NCBI RefSeq assembly: GCF_004010195.1
Contig: NC_057754.1
Coordinates: 2,199,238-2,261,396 of the forward strand
Reading direction: 5' to 3'
DNA: 62,159 bases
From: Chiloscyllium plagiosum
Taxonomy: Eukaryota
Both the position numbers and the translations under genes were made by a program. Positions 11,846-24,049 of this stretch are shown here, piece after piece (the stretch's first letter is position 1; the number at the start of each line of letters is the position of its first letter). The notes under the pieces were generated by a model that searched no databases, had not been told where the DNA came from, and saw nothing but the letters and a program-made list of their open reading frames with translations.

Positions 11846-12519
11846 TAATGAGTGTTCTCAGGCTATACGATCAAAGTGAGTAATAAAACCAAGTCCATGA
11901 AATGTGTATGTGTTTTCTAGTAGGATCAAAGGTGAAGGTAAGTCCAAGCCCTTGCTGATTTATTCCAATGTATAAAATGTTAGGTTTACAAGGAAAATCC
12001 AGGAAATGTTTCTGACATATCAGTCCGGTATAAACCATTTGGAATGACTCATTAAAACCCCTTCCTTTAAAAATGCACCATTTCTGCAACTGGCTGCTCA
12101 ATGCACACAACTTAAATTTCAAAGCCCTATGAACGGTATTCTACCCCTTCCACGGTATATTCAAAAATATTTAATTAGTAAGATAAATTAAATAATTAAT
12201 ATGACATCTACATCTCAAATGCAGCTATTATTTCAATGGTAATCCCTGTAAAAACCTTTCCTGATACGAATCTTGTCTTTATTATAATACCTTAGGCTTG
12301 AACTGTGCTCCAGCCCTGAAGCATGTTTTGTTCTCTTTGCATTCATTCCTTGCTGATACCCTTCAGCAAGCAAGACTTGGATGACCTTCAAACTGCTGGT
12401 GTACCCTGTGCCATTTCTATACACACATTACAATGTATTTTATATTTGCATACATCAAGACTGAATGTTACAGGTAAATGATAAAAAGGACGTGGGACAT
12501 GGTAAAAGGTCTATTTGGA

Positions 12520-12747
12520 TGTAGGTTTGCTCACTGAGCTGGAAGGTTCAGTGGTTGGTGATTACCAACCGAAGGAAACCTAAACATATAAATAAAAAGC
12601 GGGCCATACCACCAACGCTTCACCGGAGGCTCACTGATGATGTTACCTAGTATGGTGACGAAATGTCTGAAAATGAACCTTCCAGCTCATTGAGCAAACT
12701 TATATCCAGAACCTCAACCTGACCTACAAATCATCTCAAAACTCGCT
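12520..12747 (+). mobile_element. PLE family B pLTR insert with short inverted arm
   Basis: 13-bp TSD AGGTCTATTTGGA at 12507 and 12748; 12517-12550 is inverted relative to 12674-12707. Confidence 0.8.
12631..12670 (+). ncRNA. Minimal hammerhead ribozyme core (PLE family B)
   Basis: TCA-CTGATGA-T-GTTACC-TAGTAT-GGTGAC-GAAA-T-GTC-TGA: 6-bp stem II, 3-bp stem I. Confidence 0.7.
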
Positions 12748-13639
12748 AGGTCTATTTGGACCAAGGTCTAGAGATAGAATTCAGTTTCATAATTGTATAA
12801 TATTTTGACGTTACATCACTGTTTATGGTTATGCTTCACAGTGTCAAACAGGATTTGATTGGAGGTGGATGATTAGTGAGATGACATTGGGTTACTTAGA
12901 ACACATGTCTTCCTGAATAGAATAAGCTAACGTGTTGAATAGCGGACTAGAACACTACCTATGTGGCTTGAGGGTAGAATTGAGACATGGCAGGTTTTTG
13001 TGGGAAGTTTGCATTGTAAATGTGTGCTTGGGAATTTATAATGGGCAAATTGACAGGAAACACATTACAAAATCTGATTAAGGGGGTGTCAACTCAGCAG
13101 TACTATACTACAGGAGATTGAACTAGCACTTGCACTTACAGGGAATTCGGACCAAACATCACACACAAATCATTTCAAGAACTGATCTCAGATAAACTTT
13201 TGAGACTGCTTCAAGGCAATGTTTCAAGTTGTCGTAAACTCAATTCTATTTTGGTATAAACCACCAATTTGAAGAGTAGGGAATCAGACCCACAAGCTCT
13301 AGATGCAAGGATCATTTTCAAGTAAATAGTTATAGTTTTCAACAATCCTTTGACCTCCCCAGTCTCAACACTCTGTCAGCAGAGCTTATTAGCATTCAAA
13401 GCAATTAATAATTTCAAATATGGTGCAGTAAATGTCAGAAAGCAGTATTAACCATTGCTGAATACTGAATCATGTGGCTCCCAAAGTCCCCATAACCTCT
13501 CCATGTTTGGCCAGATATGCCAACAAAGAACATCTGCCAGTGGGTTTGATGGATTTTCCGGGATTTGTGATAGATATATTTACTCTCCTTACCTATTCTC
13601 CTTACCTTTGCCACAGAGGGTGTGCAGCTGAGGATGACC

Positions 13640-14360
13640 AGACGCCGATCCCTCAGATGATGGGATTGTCCTCTGAGGAGAGCAGACCTACTTTGGGGTA
13701 TCCCATTAAAGTATACAAAATTCTTATTGGGCATGACAGGGTGAATACAGATAGGATGTTTCTCTGGCTGGTGAGTCCAGCACCACAGAATCCCTACAGT
13801 GTGGAAAGAGGCCATTTGACTCATTGAGTCTGCGCCTGCTCTCCAAAGGGCATCCCAGTCAGACCCAGCCCCCGATCCTATAACCCCACATTTCCCACGA
13901 ACAATCCATCCAAAATGAACATCTTTGGACTATGAGAGGAAACCGGAACACATGGAGGAAACCCACGCAGACACTGTGAGAATATGCAAACTCCATGCAG
14001 ACAGTCACCCAAAGCTGGAATCAAGCCCAGGTCCCTGGCACTGGAAGGCAGCATTGCTAACTGCTGAGCCACCACACGTCACATTATCTAAGGATAAGAA
14101 GTTAGCCATTTTAAGCTGAAATGAGAAGGCACTTCTTCAATCAGAGAGTAGTGATTCTTTGGAATTCTCTACCCTAGAAAGCTGTAGAAGCTCGGTCATT
14201 GAGTGTGTTGAAGATAAAAATTGATAGAGACTGATGACATTACAAGGTACGGAGAGAGTGCGTAAAAGCAACTCAAAGTTAGATGATCAGCCATGATCTG
14301 TTTGAATAGTATAGCAGGCTTGACTGGTCAAATGGCCTACTGTTACTCCTATTTTCTACA
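13640..14360 (+). mobile_element. CR1 3' fragment split by an HE1 SINE
   Basis: IKVYKILIGHDRVNTDRMF in ORF 13474; element resumes after 14076 and ends AATGGCCTACT. Confidence 0.75.
13788..14069 (-). mobile_element. HE1-type V-SINE
   Basis: Homologous to other HE1 copies; TSD CACCACA at 13781 and 14070. Confidence 0.85.
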
Positions 14361-14369
14361 AAGCAAGAC

Positions 14370-14660
14370 TATTTCCTGAGGAGTCCAGAACAAGGGAGCA
14401 CAGCCGTCAAACAAAAGTGAGATCATTCAGGGTGATCTTATGAAAGATTTCTTTGGGTAAAAGATTATGGAAATCTTGAACTCTTCCCCCAGAAAGAATT
14501 GAATCAGGTAGTCAATTGAAATTTTCAAAGCTGAGATGGTTAGAGTTTTATGTGGGATGTAGAATCAAGGTAGAATGGAATTATATACTGATCAATCATG
14601 ACAGTTAATTGGATAGTGGAATCGGATCAAGGAGCTAAGTGCCATCCCCTGTATTCTTAT
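14370..14660 (+). mobile_element. Old CR1 3' fragment
   Basis: GAGTCCAGAACAAGGGAGCACAG followed by a degraded CR1 3' UTR. Confidence 0.55.
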
Positions 14661-14669
14661 TTTCTCTCC

Positions 14670-14945
14670 TTTATTTTGCTGGGATGTGAGTCGCACTGAC
14701 ACGGTTTGCATTTGTTGGCACGTCCCTGACTACCTTACACAAAGGCAGTTCAGAGTCAATCACTGGAGTCTAAGACCAGGCAATGATCACAGATTTCTTT
14801 AAAAGAAATTGTCACTATCACTGGAGAACGTAGTTGAACTCAAATTTCAACATTTGCCTCTGTGTGATTTGAAACCTGTGTCTGCAGAGCATTAGCCTGG
14901 CCCTCTAGATTACAAGGCCAGTGACATAACTACTGTGCCATCATC
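14670..14945 (-). mobile_element. SINE-B, degraded
   Basis: Reverse-complement tail GGGATGTGAGTCGCACTG and head GCATTAGCCTGG..CCAGTGACATAACTACT. Confidence 0.55.
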
Positions 14946-15204
14946 TCCATCTTGTGTTTTTCAGAACAGAGAAAATGCAGGACAATTCAGCATATTGTGT
15001 CTGAGTGAAGCATTCTACTCTAATGCAATTTTCCTGTTTACTTGAATAATCTTGCCTTACAAATGTTTATCTCATTATATTGTTTTATTTTATGTTACAG
15101 CCATATTGTTTCCCTGTAACCCCTTGGAAATTAAATTTCATGAAACCTGAAATAGTTTCTTTGTATGTGTTGTCATTCAGTGCAAACACTGTTGTGTGAA
15201 TAGA

Positions 15205-15580
15205 CGCTTAGTTGGTAGTACTCTTGCCTCTGGGTCAGAATGTTATGGGTTCAATCACTTCCTAGCGACTGATAATCTAAGCTGACAGGCTCAATGCCAG
15301 TATCAAGGGAATATTGCACCAACTAAGGAAACAATTAGCTGAAACCCTGCCTGGTCTTCCAGGTCAAGTAATAGATTCTATGGCACCATTTTGAGGACAG
15401 AAGGTCCTACCTGTGTCCTGTCTAATGTTTGCACTATATCATATTACTGCATGTGGGAGCCTTACTGTATGTAACTTGGTTGCTATATTTCCCCTCTGTT
15501 CCAACAGCTACTACTTCATTGGCTGAAAAATGCTTTTGGAATGTCCTGAGAGCATAAAAGATACCATATAGAAATATCTT
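15205..15580 (+). mobile_element. Near full-length Deu-type SINE (SacSINE1-like)
   Basis: tRNA-like head GGTAGTACTCTTGCCTCTGGGTCAGAA..GGGTTCAA; tail TACTTCATTGGCTGAAAAATGCTTTTGGAATGTCCTGAG. Confidence 0.7.
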
Positions 15581-15669
15581 AATGCTAGCAACCAGCAGAC
15601 AGGTAGTTATGTTCTGTCTGTTACATATCAATGACTCTTTGGAGTTGGTTATTTCATCTTGAAATAAGG

Positions 15670-15910
15670 GCATAAGAGCTATGACCAGGAATAGACAATT
15701 CAACCCCTTGATCCTGCTCTGCCATTTAATGTAATCACGGCTGGGCTTATTTTGGCTGCAACTCCACTATCCTGCCTGCTCCCTACAATCCTTCTAGCCA
15801 TTACTCATTAAAGACCGTCTATCTCCTCCTTAACTTTACTCAATGCCCAACAGCCACCAAACTCTGTGGTAAAGCATTCATAGATTCATAATCCTTTGAG
15901 AGAAGTAATT
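15670..15910 (-). mobile_element. Older CR1 3' end
   Basis: Similar to 21480-21720 and 51330-51560. Confidence 0.6.
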
Positions 15911-15911
15911 T

Positions 15912-16295
15912 TGAGTCATAGAATTATATAGCACGGAAGCAGACTCTTCGGTCCAACTCGTCCATGCCAACCAGATATCCTAAATTAACCTAGTCCCATT
16001 TACCAGCATTTGGCCCATATACCTTTAAACCCTTCCTATTCATATACCCATGCAGATGCCTTTGAAATGTTGTAATTGTATCAGCCTCCACCACTTCCTC
16101 TGGCATCTCATTCCACACATGTACCACCCTCTGCATGAAAGGGTTGCCCCTTAGCTCCCTTTTAAATCTTTCCCCTCTCACCTTGCTCCCTTTTAAATCT
16201 TTCCCCTCTCACCTTAAACCTATGCCCCATAGTTTTGGTATCCCTACCCTGGGAAAAAGACCTTGGCTATTCATCCCAATGATTTTATAAATTTC
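15912..16295 (-). mobile_element. CR1 (HER1-like) 3' end with internal 31-bp duplication
   Basis: ORF 15990-16181; TSD TAATTT; 16154-16184 repeated at 16185-16215. Confidence 0.9.
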
Positions 16296-17774
16296 TAATT
16301 TCTCCAATGTTCCAGACTCCTCATCACTTTTTTAATATGAGTTTATAAAGTTGTTGTCCGTGTCATTGCTCAAACTGCAGTTATATTGTCCTTATTGTTT
16401 CAAATATGCTAAGGTGGTTTGTTTTAGCGTTGCATTAAATGAGAGAAAGCGCACACATTGATAGCGGTGATGGGAGGGGAGGTGCTGAGTGCATCCCAGC
16501 TTGCATTGTCAGAGTTCATCCCCATCACCGGCTCTCTGGATTAATGGCTTCCCTTTCTGGCTGCTATGGTGAAGCCTTTAGATGGAGAAGCATTCCACCC
16601 ATGACAATGAGAGAGAGAGAAAACTCAGATGGCTATCTGCTAATCTCATTCTATCTTAAATGCACAGCATTCTCAGTCAGGGAAAGCAGTAGGTAGTTTT
16701 GTGGCATAGTATTTGCAGTCAAGAACACTTAACAGTGAGTCAATGCTTTTGACCCATAGTTCACTTTATTCAAACAATTTTGCTCTCTCCAAGTGTGTGG
16801 TAGAAACTGTTTAATGACATGCTACTCATTACCGGCTAAATATTTCTACTCTCTGTCACCTTATTTCACTGTCATTAAACAAATGTGTCACCAAAGGTTT
16901 AAAGGCACACTGTGATTTTCTTTGCAACGAAGACAAGCTAAAGGAGTAGCAGTTAGCCTGGTGGGTGTCCTTTATGACTTCTCAGTGAATAGCTGTGACA
17001 TGGCACCTGGCATGGTGAAGACACAATCACATCACAGCTTTGACATTAATTAAGGAGGCTTCATCTTTAATAAGCAATAATTTTAAATGCTACATTCAGG
17101 ATACATCGAAAAGTTCACCACCTTTGTAATAATGCTATTCAGGGTGGTATATTTCCCAACTGTGCTCTCATTTTCCTTTTAGTTTGTGCAGAAATTAAGG
17201 ACATCTGACAAAGAAGAGGACTGACTGTACTCAACTGCTTCTCTTTTTCATTTGTGCAAGTCTCATATTCCCAGATCTCCCATCCACTCCTCTGACAGTA
17301 AGAGAGGCATTTCTTAGTTTGAGACTATCCCATCCAAAGTCCCATAACAGAAAGTATAAGCAAAGACAGGAAGCACTAACTGCTTATCTTTTACTGCTTC
17401 TCCTGTTACGATGTCAAGGGTCAAGGCTTTGGATGAAGCAAAAGAGTCATGTGGACTTCTATGTAAAAGATAAAGTTTTGGAGCTCAGTTTACACTCTCG
17501 AAATTCTTGCAATCCCATGGTATATACAAGCAGGTTCAAACCCCAGTCAGCTGGTAATTCACTGGTTGGGGAATTCATGCCCCCATGATTTGATTAAGAT
17601 CAAGACTTTGCACCAGACCTGTTTGACTCCATCACCACATGTGTAATCTTAACCCAGTCTGAGCAAAGACTGTAATTGGCAGTTTCACCCAGAAATGCTA
17701 AGGGATGATTGAAAACATCAGGTTAGTGCAGGAAGATTCAGAAACCTTGGTGGGTGTTCTGTGTTCAGAGTAGT

Positions 17775-17990
17775 TTTTTTTTTGCTGTTCATTCATAGGA
17801 TGTGGGCATCATTGGCTAAATCCAGCATATTTTATCCCTCCCTCATTGCCCTTGAGAAGATCTTCTTGAAGCGCTGGGATGTGAAGATGCTTCCCTGTTG
17901 GGAAGACCCTGCAAAGATTTGATTCAGCGACAGTAAAAGTAAAGCCGACATGGTTCAAAGCCAGTATAGTCTGTGGCTTAGAGTGACGCC
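17775..17990 (-). mobile_element. LINE-B 3' end
   Basis: T-run then TTCATTCATAGGATGTGGGC..TTGCCCTTGAGAAG. Confidence 0.7.
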
Positions 17991-18309
17991 TACCATGTGG
18001 ACTGAAGTTACAATGTGAGTTTAGGTTCAAGTTTGAGAGGAAAAAAAAATGTCAAAACTGTCTTCAGGCTTATTTATCAAAATAACACTTTTTCTTATAC
18101 ATAGATACTAAATATGCCATATGTAATCATAGATATGCCAAACTCTGAACTTACAGTTACATTCGATAAAGACTAATCTGTCTTCTTTGTGTGCTCTTAA
18201 GTCTCTCTCTCTCCTTCTGAGGTGTGCTGTTCATCCTCAGTGTTGTGCAGCTCCCTGGCATTATTACAAAGTTACTCCTGAGTCCTGAAGCTCTTACACA
18301 CAAAGGGGA

Positions 18310-18785
18310 ACTTATTCACACTGTGATGCTCTCACGTAACTGGGATAGGTCATGGGTTTGGAATGTTCTGGCCAAAAAGCCTTGAGTAACTGTAGTTTGT
18401 CTTGTAGGTGGCATAAACTGCTGCCATTGTAACACTGGTGAAGGGAGTGGATGCTTAAAGTGGTGGCTGAAATGCCACTCAAGTGGACTAGGCTGACTGA
18501 CCTCCAACAGTAAAAGTGAGGACTGCAGATGCTGGAAATTAGAGTCAAGAGTGTGGTATTGGAAAAACACAACAGGTCAGGCAGCATCCAAGGAGCAGGA
18601 GATTTGACATTTCGGGCAAAAGCCCTTCATCAGGACCTATAACAGCCACAACCCTCCTCCTTTGTGCTAGGTATGATTCCAATCACTGAAGTGTTTTCCA
18701 CCTAATTCCCATTGACGCCAGTTTGGTTAGCGATGCTTGATGCCATGTTTGCTGAAATGTCGCTTTAACATCAAAAGCAGTCAAA
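18310..18785 (-). mobile_element. LINE-B fragments interrupted by a PLE insert
   Basis: 18640-18780 matches 5020-5160; 18310-18480 matches the reverse complement of ~53700-53860. Confidence 0.65.
18511..18634 (-). mobile_element. PLE family A pLTR with hammerhead core
   Basis: Minus strand CTGATGA-A-GGGC-TTTT-GCCC-GAAA-TGTC; flanked by GACCTCCAACAG / GACCTATAACAG. Confidence 0.8.
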
Positions 18786-18904
18786 TAATTATGATTATAT
18801 TTTAATACCTGCCACCTGCCAAGTTTACTCCCTGCTCAGTGTTCTTTTCATACCTCAGTTGGATGACAATTTGTGGGCCTCAGGAAAAGGAAGGTACTTG
18901 TTTA

Positions 18905-19115
18905 AATTATTTTTTGATGGGGTGTGCAGGTAGATGGCAAGGCCAGCCTTTATTGCCCATCTTAATTACCACTGAATTCAGAAGCTTGTAAGGGTCATCT
19001 CAGAAGACAGTTAAGAATCAACCACATTGCCATGGGTCTGGAATCATATGTAAGCCAGAAGACTAAATAAAATTACAAATTTCCTTCCCTAAAGGTCATT
19101 AGTGAACCAGACAGT
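18905..19115 (-). mobile_element. SINE-B, 3' part
   Basis: TTTCCTTCCCTAAAGGTCATTAGTGAACCAGA; tail GGCCAGCCTTTATTGCCCATC. Confidence 0.7.
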
Positions 19116-20657
19116 TTCCACTAGATAATACATTTGTGTTTGTATAAGGACAAGCAGGGGGTTCCATTATGGAGCCCTCAGTATTCAAGCCCCCTGAAGA
19201 TTATCTGCTTGGCTGAAATGTCTTAAAGATCTTCAAATCATCCCTTAGCCAAAGTCAATGTGGTTAAGAGAGGAGGGAAGCAATAATATCTCTTCCTTAA
19301 CCCCTGTCCCATCCCACCACTACCACACACACCCCTCACCCGAAATTAAAAGATAATTTATAAGGAAAATTATTTCAATACATTTCACAGCTGCTGTGAA
19401 AATTCTGCATAATCCAATTAAATTTTCATAATGGGATTGGAAGGATTCCTGGGAAACACAAAAGCTTAAAAGAAAATAATCTTTAAGGGGCAGGATTTAT
19501 TATAATTGAAGTATTTTTAGGTGCTTTCATTAAGTTGGTTAATTCTCATTGCCTTGGGTGTGCATTGGAGAGTGTTACATCGAGCTATTAAAATCAATTT
19601 AAATAGATTTTGAAATAAGTCAAAGATAAAAATCACTTTCTCTCTCCATCTGGGGAACTGCTTATAATAAAGCAATTTTGTGGCTGCATTTCATAATTCC
19701 TCTCATTCACGCAGACAATTTCAAGATATTGAATACAAATACATTTTGCTGGTTTAAAATAAATTTTATATTGTTGTCAAAATCTCAGAATTAAAATTCA
19801 ATTTTGGTGAATTAGCGTTGTTTAACTAAATATATAAAATATTCAAGGCTAAATTGTATTTTTTATTTGGATGTAATGTAATTCAACTTGCTTAATAATG
19901 TTATCCAGAGAATATCTGGGAAGTGGATTAGGAAGGATCTGGTTCAGTTCCTGCTCTACACTAGCAGCGTTACTGTTGGCTGGGGGTGTGTTAAAGTACT
20001 ACAGTTGCAACTTACATGAAAGAAGATTTACTCTGAATATTGTGACTCACTACAAGTTGCTGGGCAAGTTGCATCAGTAAGCAATAAGCTTCCCCCAAAA
20101 TACCTTTTTTTTAGCCTCCCTGTGAGCTTCAGGAAGTTACTGCCTTTGCACCTTAATTAGCAATCAGATTCATTACAAAATGTTAGATCTGATACTTCAT
20201 AGTGTAAGGATCCTTATTAAGGTGAGAATTGTATTTCTGTATTGCTAATCAGCATCTCAGATTCAGAGAGTGAAGGATTAAATTATAGAGTTTCTTTCTT
20301 GGTAGTAAATTACTTTTTTGAGGTTGTTAAAAAATAAACTCTACTCCTTCACTCTGTGTTTTCATTTCTGAATATCTTAATCAGCGAACTATCTGGGCCT
20401 TTATTATCTGGTCTGCTCAAAGCTAATTTGATGGAGTTATTTTTTTCTCTGTTCGAACTTGCTTTCTCCATACCTGGGCTTGTTTCTCAAATATGAAACC
20501 TTCTTTGATCACGCGCGTATAACTAATTGTCAGTTAGCTAAGGTAGCTGGAGAATGGCTGATAAATGTGGTATCCTAACCCCATGAGAACAGACCCTTTC
20601 TGGGGGCAGGAGCAGGAGTAATAGCTATAGATCAGCTCCCCACTGCCCAGAAGCATT

Positions 20658-20955
20658 TAGAGTCACAGTCATAGAGATATACAGCACAGAAACAGACCCT
20701 TTGGTCAAACTCATCCATACTGAACAGATATCCTAAATTAATCTAGTCCCAATGCTAGCACTTGGCCCGTATCCCTCTAAAACGTTCTTATTCATAAACC
20801 CATCCAGATGCCTTTTAAATGTTGTCATTGTACCAGCCTCCACCAGTCCCTCTGGCAGCTTATTCCATACATGCCCCACCCTCTGTGTGAAAAGATTGCC
20901 CCGTAGATCCCTTTTAAATCTTTCCCCTCTCATCTTAAACCTATACCCTCTATTC
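20658..20955 (-). mobile_element. CR1 (HER1-like) 3' end
   Basis: ORF 20733-20933 and the GAGTCATAGAG tail. Confidence 0.9.
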
Positions 20956-21344
20956 CCTCTAAGGGAAGGTTACATATTAACAAATTTTATTGATTTCTTT
21001 GAGGAGATAACCAGAAGCATTAATGAGGGAAATCCATTTGATATTTTTTTACATGGACTTTTTGGCAAGGCTTTTGATAATGCCCCTCATTGTAGATTGG
21101 TCAAGAATGTAACAGCCCATGAGATCCAAGGCAAAGTGACAGATTGAATCCAGTTATTAGCTGAGAGTAGGAAGCAGAGGGTGATGGGAGAGGTATGTTT
21201 CTGTGACTGGAAATCTGTTTCCAGTGGGGTTTTGCAGAACATGCTGTTGACATCTTTGCTGTTCATTTGTACATTAATGGTTTGGACTTAAATGTAAGGA
21301 GTATGATCAAGCAGTTTGCAGATGACACAAAAGTTGGTAGGTTG

Positions 21345-22145
21345 TGAAATAACTGCACAGAGGCTGATATCCAGTCACCAAGTCACCTTTTATTTACATT
21401 TGCACAGTACATGAGCTCTGACCAGCCAACTTAAAGCCAGTTCCTAGACTGAGGATTTTCTCTGAGACTCCTAAGTTCATAATTTCATAAGCTAAAGGAG
21501 CAGAATTAGGCCATTAGGCCCATCGGGTCTTATCTGCTATTCAATAATGGCTGATATGCTCTTCACTCCAATTTTCTTGCCTTCTCCCCATATCCCTTCA
21601 ACCCTTTACCCAATTAAAAATCTGTCTAACTCCTCCTTAAATTTACTCACTATTCCAGCGTCCACCACACTTTGGGGCAGTGAATTCTGTCCCTTTGGGA
21701 GAAGTAGTTTCTGCTCAACTCTGTTTTGCTACCCTTTATCCTAAGACTGACCTCTCATCCTAGAATTTCCACAATAGGAAGCATCCACTCCACATCCATT
21801 TTATCCATACCTTTTATTATCTTGAATCATCAATTTGATCGGCCCTCATTCTTCTAAATTCCAGAGAGTATCAGCCTAAACTGTTCAATCTCTCTTCATA
21901 TGACAAACCTCTCATCTCTGGGATCAACCTAGTGAACCTCCTCTGAACTGCCTCCAATACCACTACATCTTTCCTCAAATAAGGGGACCAAAACTACACC
22001 CAGTATTCCAGGTGTGGTCTCACCAATGCCTTGTATATCTGTTTATATCTGTCAGCCAGGACTCCCTGATTGGCCCAGATTAATCACCCCAAACAATGAT
22101 CTCAGGATTTATGAGATCCATCTCGTCCTGGTCCCAATCACTATA
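21345..22145 (-). mobile_element. Probable solo LTR (Gypsy-like), split by a CR1
   Basis: 4-bp TSD GTTG at 21341 and 22146; ends TG..TA; minus-strand AATAAA near 21390. Confidence 0.65.
21473..22038 (-). mobile_element. CR1 3' fragment nested in the solo LTR
   Basis: GGAGCAGAATTAGGCCATT tail through GGGGACCAAAACTAC..CCAGGTGTGGTCTCACC. Confidence 0.8.
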
Positions 22146-22809
22146 GTTGGTAAATAGTGAGGAGGATAGCAAAGGATATTCTCACCCAGAGGGTGATGGG
22201 AGTCTGGAACTCACTACCTGAAAGAGTGGTTGAGTCAGAATCTCTTCTAACATTGCAGCAGTATTTAGGTATTTATTTGCTATGTCATAGCCTCCAGAAC
22301 TAGGGCCAAGAGCTTTAAAATGGGATTAATGCAGTCAGATCTGAGTTGATCAGCACAGACATGATGGAATGAATGGCCTCCTTCTGTGCTGTGAGTCTAC
22401 TGTCAGATGATTTTCCATCACTCCGCCATGATCCTCAGTTCAGACTTGGCAACAGGAAACTCGAGGAGCTGTGAGAAGTCATCCCGTTTTATCCTTTGCC
22501 TCAGACCCTTGGCCCACAGAGGGGTTTCTTTGGTTTCTTTTCAATTGTTAAAACATCCCAGATCATTTCTACAGAGCTGTATTGTCTCATTTGTTTTGTG
22601 AAAGTAATTTTTGAGATTATTAAGCAAGCCTGGTGAAAGCCTCTTTTGACCTGAATAACAGTAATAAAGGGAAATACTTCTGCCACTTTGGTGATTGAAT
22701 GAAACATTTACACTAATGGTACAGCTTGTGGAGTACTGGCGCTTGATTACCAATAGCATTACTCCTGTCGGAGTGGTACCACAGCTTAGTTAGTATAGCT
22801 ACATCTTAC

Positions 22810-22908
22810 AGATTGCAGCAGCTCAAAAAGACAGCTCACCATTTCCACCTTCTCAAGGACAATAAATGCTGGCCCAACTAGTGATCCTCACATCCCATGA
22901 ATGAATTA
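22810..22908 (+). mobile_element. LINE-B 3' tail
   Basis: CTTCTCAAGGACAATAAATGCTGGCC..CACATCCCATGAATGAAT. Confidence 0.7.
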
Positions 22909-23364
22909 TAAAGGACAACAACTCGGGCATAAATGTACCTTATAGCAAGAAATAAGTTTTGAAGAGTTTTGTTTTGGCAAGTTTGAAGGTTGAAGAATCA
23001 TCCTTAACCTGGCCTTTAATGCTGATGGCAAGAATGGATGTCAGCTACCAGAGGGCAAAGCCACTTAAGATTTACTGTAAGCTTTTAATGGTTTAAAAGA
23101 TAAAACAGGTTGTAATACTATCGTAAACATTATTAAGCATCTTTATGGCCAGACCTGAGAGCCTGACAGGGTGAAATACAGCACTGAGTGCAACTGCTTG
23201 GTCTATAAAAAACATTTTTTTCACTGTCAAATCTATGGCTATTGATTCTGTTAAAGATGCAAAGCCCCACAATTAAACTGTTTCTCCATCAAGGTGTGAG
23301 CTGAAGAAGCTGAATTTTTGAGAAGCAACTTAACACAATTAACATCTGAGAGGACAAGAGGGAA

Positions 23365-23660
23365 CTGGCATTTCTATAGCACCCTTCTCAATCACAGGAC
23401 GGTCATAAGCACTTCATACTCAGTGAAGTACTTTTGATGATTTGGTGCTGATATGACGGAGGAGAAGCAGCAGTTAATTGCACAGAGTAAGGTCCCACCA
23501 ACTTCACCAGGGGGTTTGATTGAGGCATCAGTATTGGACTCAAGACACTTGTGAGTACTCCATTGCTTATCTTCCAGTAATGGTCATGGGATCCTTGATG
23601 CCGAGCTGAGAGGGCAGATGGTTCCCTCAGTTTGATACTTCATTTGAAAGAATGATGTGC
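23365..23660 (-). mobile_element. Deu-type SINE
   Basis: GCATTTCTATAGCACC..TGAAGTACTTTTGA..CATGGGATCC..CTGAGAGGGCAGATGG. Confidence 0.65.
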
Positions 23661-24049
23661 TGTTTTCAGGTTATCATAGAGCACAGTCGCAGCTTGCTTC
23701 GGCAGTGCATTTTGATTAGATTGGGATTGCTGTGTGGCAGATGTGTACCTTTCTGGGAAATATCGAAATAACTGAAATATGAAACAAATTCTGTAGAGGG
23801 CTGTATTCATTAGAAGGTGCTGGTGCCAGTTGAAATTAAATAAACTAGCAATTTATTTACTTCTTAATAAAGAAGGATTTTCTTCTGCTAATCTAAGGAA
23901 ATGGTATTAGTGTTGGATAAGGCAAAAAAAACTTTCAACATTTGCATTTAAGAGTACATAGCTTAGATTTGCCCCAGTACAAGGCAGATTGAGGGAACTG
24001 GAGCAGTAACAGAAGAGTTTGATCTTGCTACTGTTTACTTGCTGTGTTG

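Larger units (their letters stand above)
20956..22400 (+). mobile_element. Old CR1 RT fragment hosting nested inserts
   Basis: LTNFIDFFEEIT..KAFDNAPHCRLV; TTTGCAGATGACACAAAA (FADDTK); resumes at 22146. Confidence 0.8.

Noticed and set aside
9709..16450. Shared 13-mer AATGAGAGAAAGC at ~9710 and ~16438
   Set aside because: Flanks do not align; compatible with chance in 62 kb
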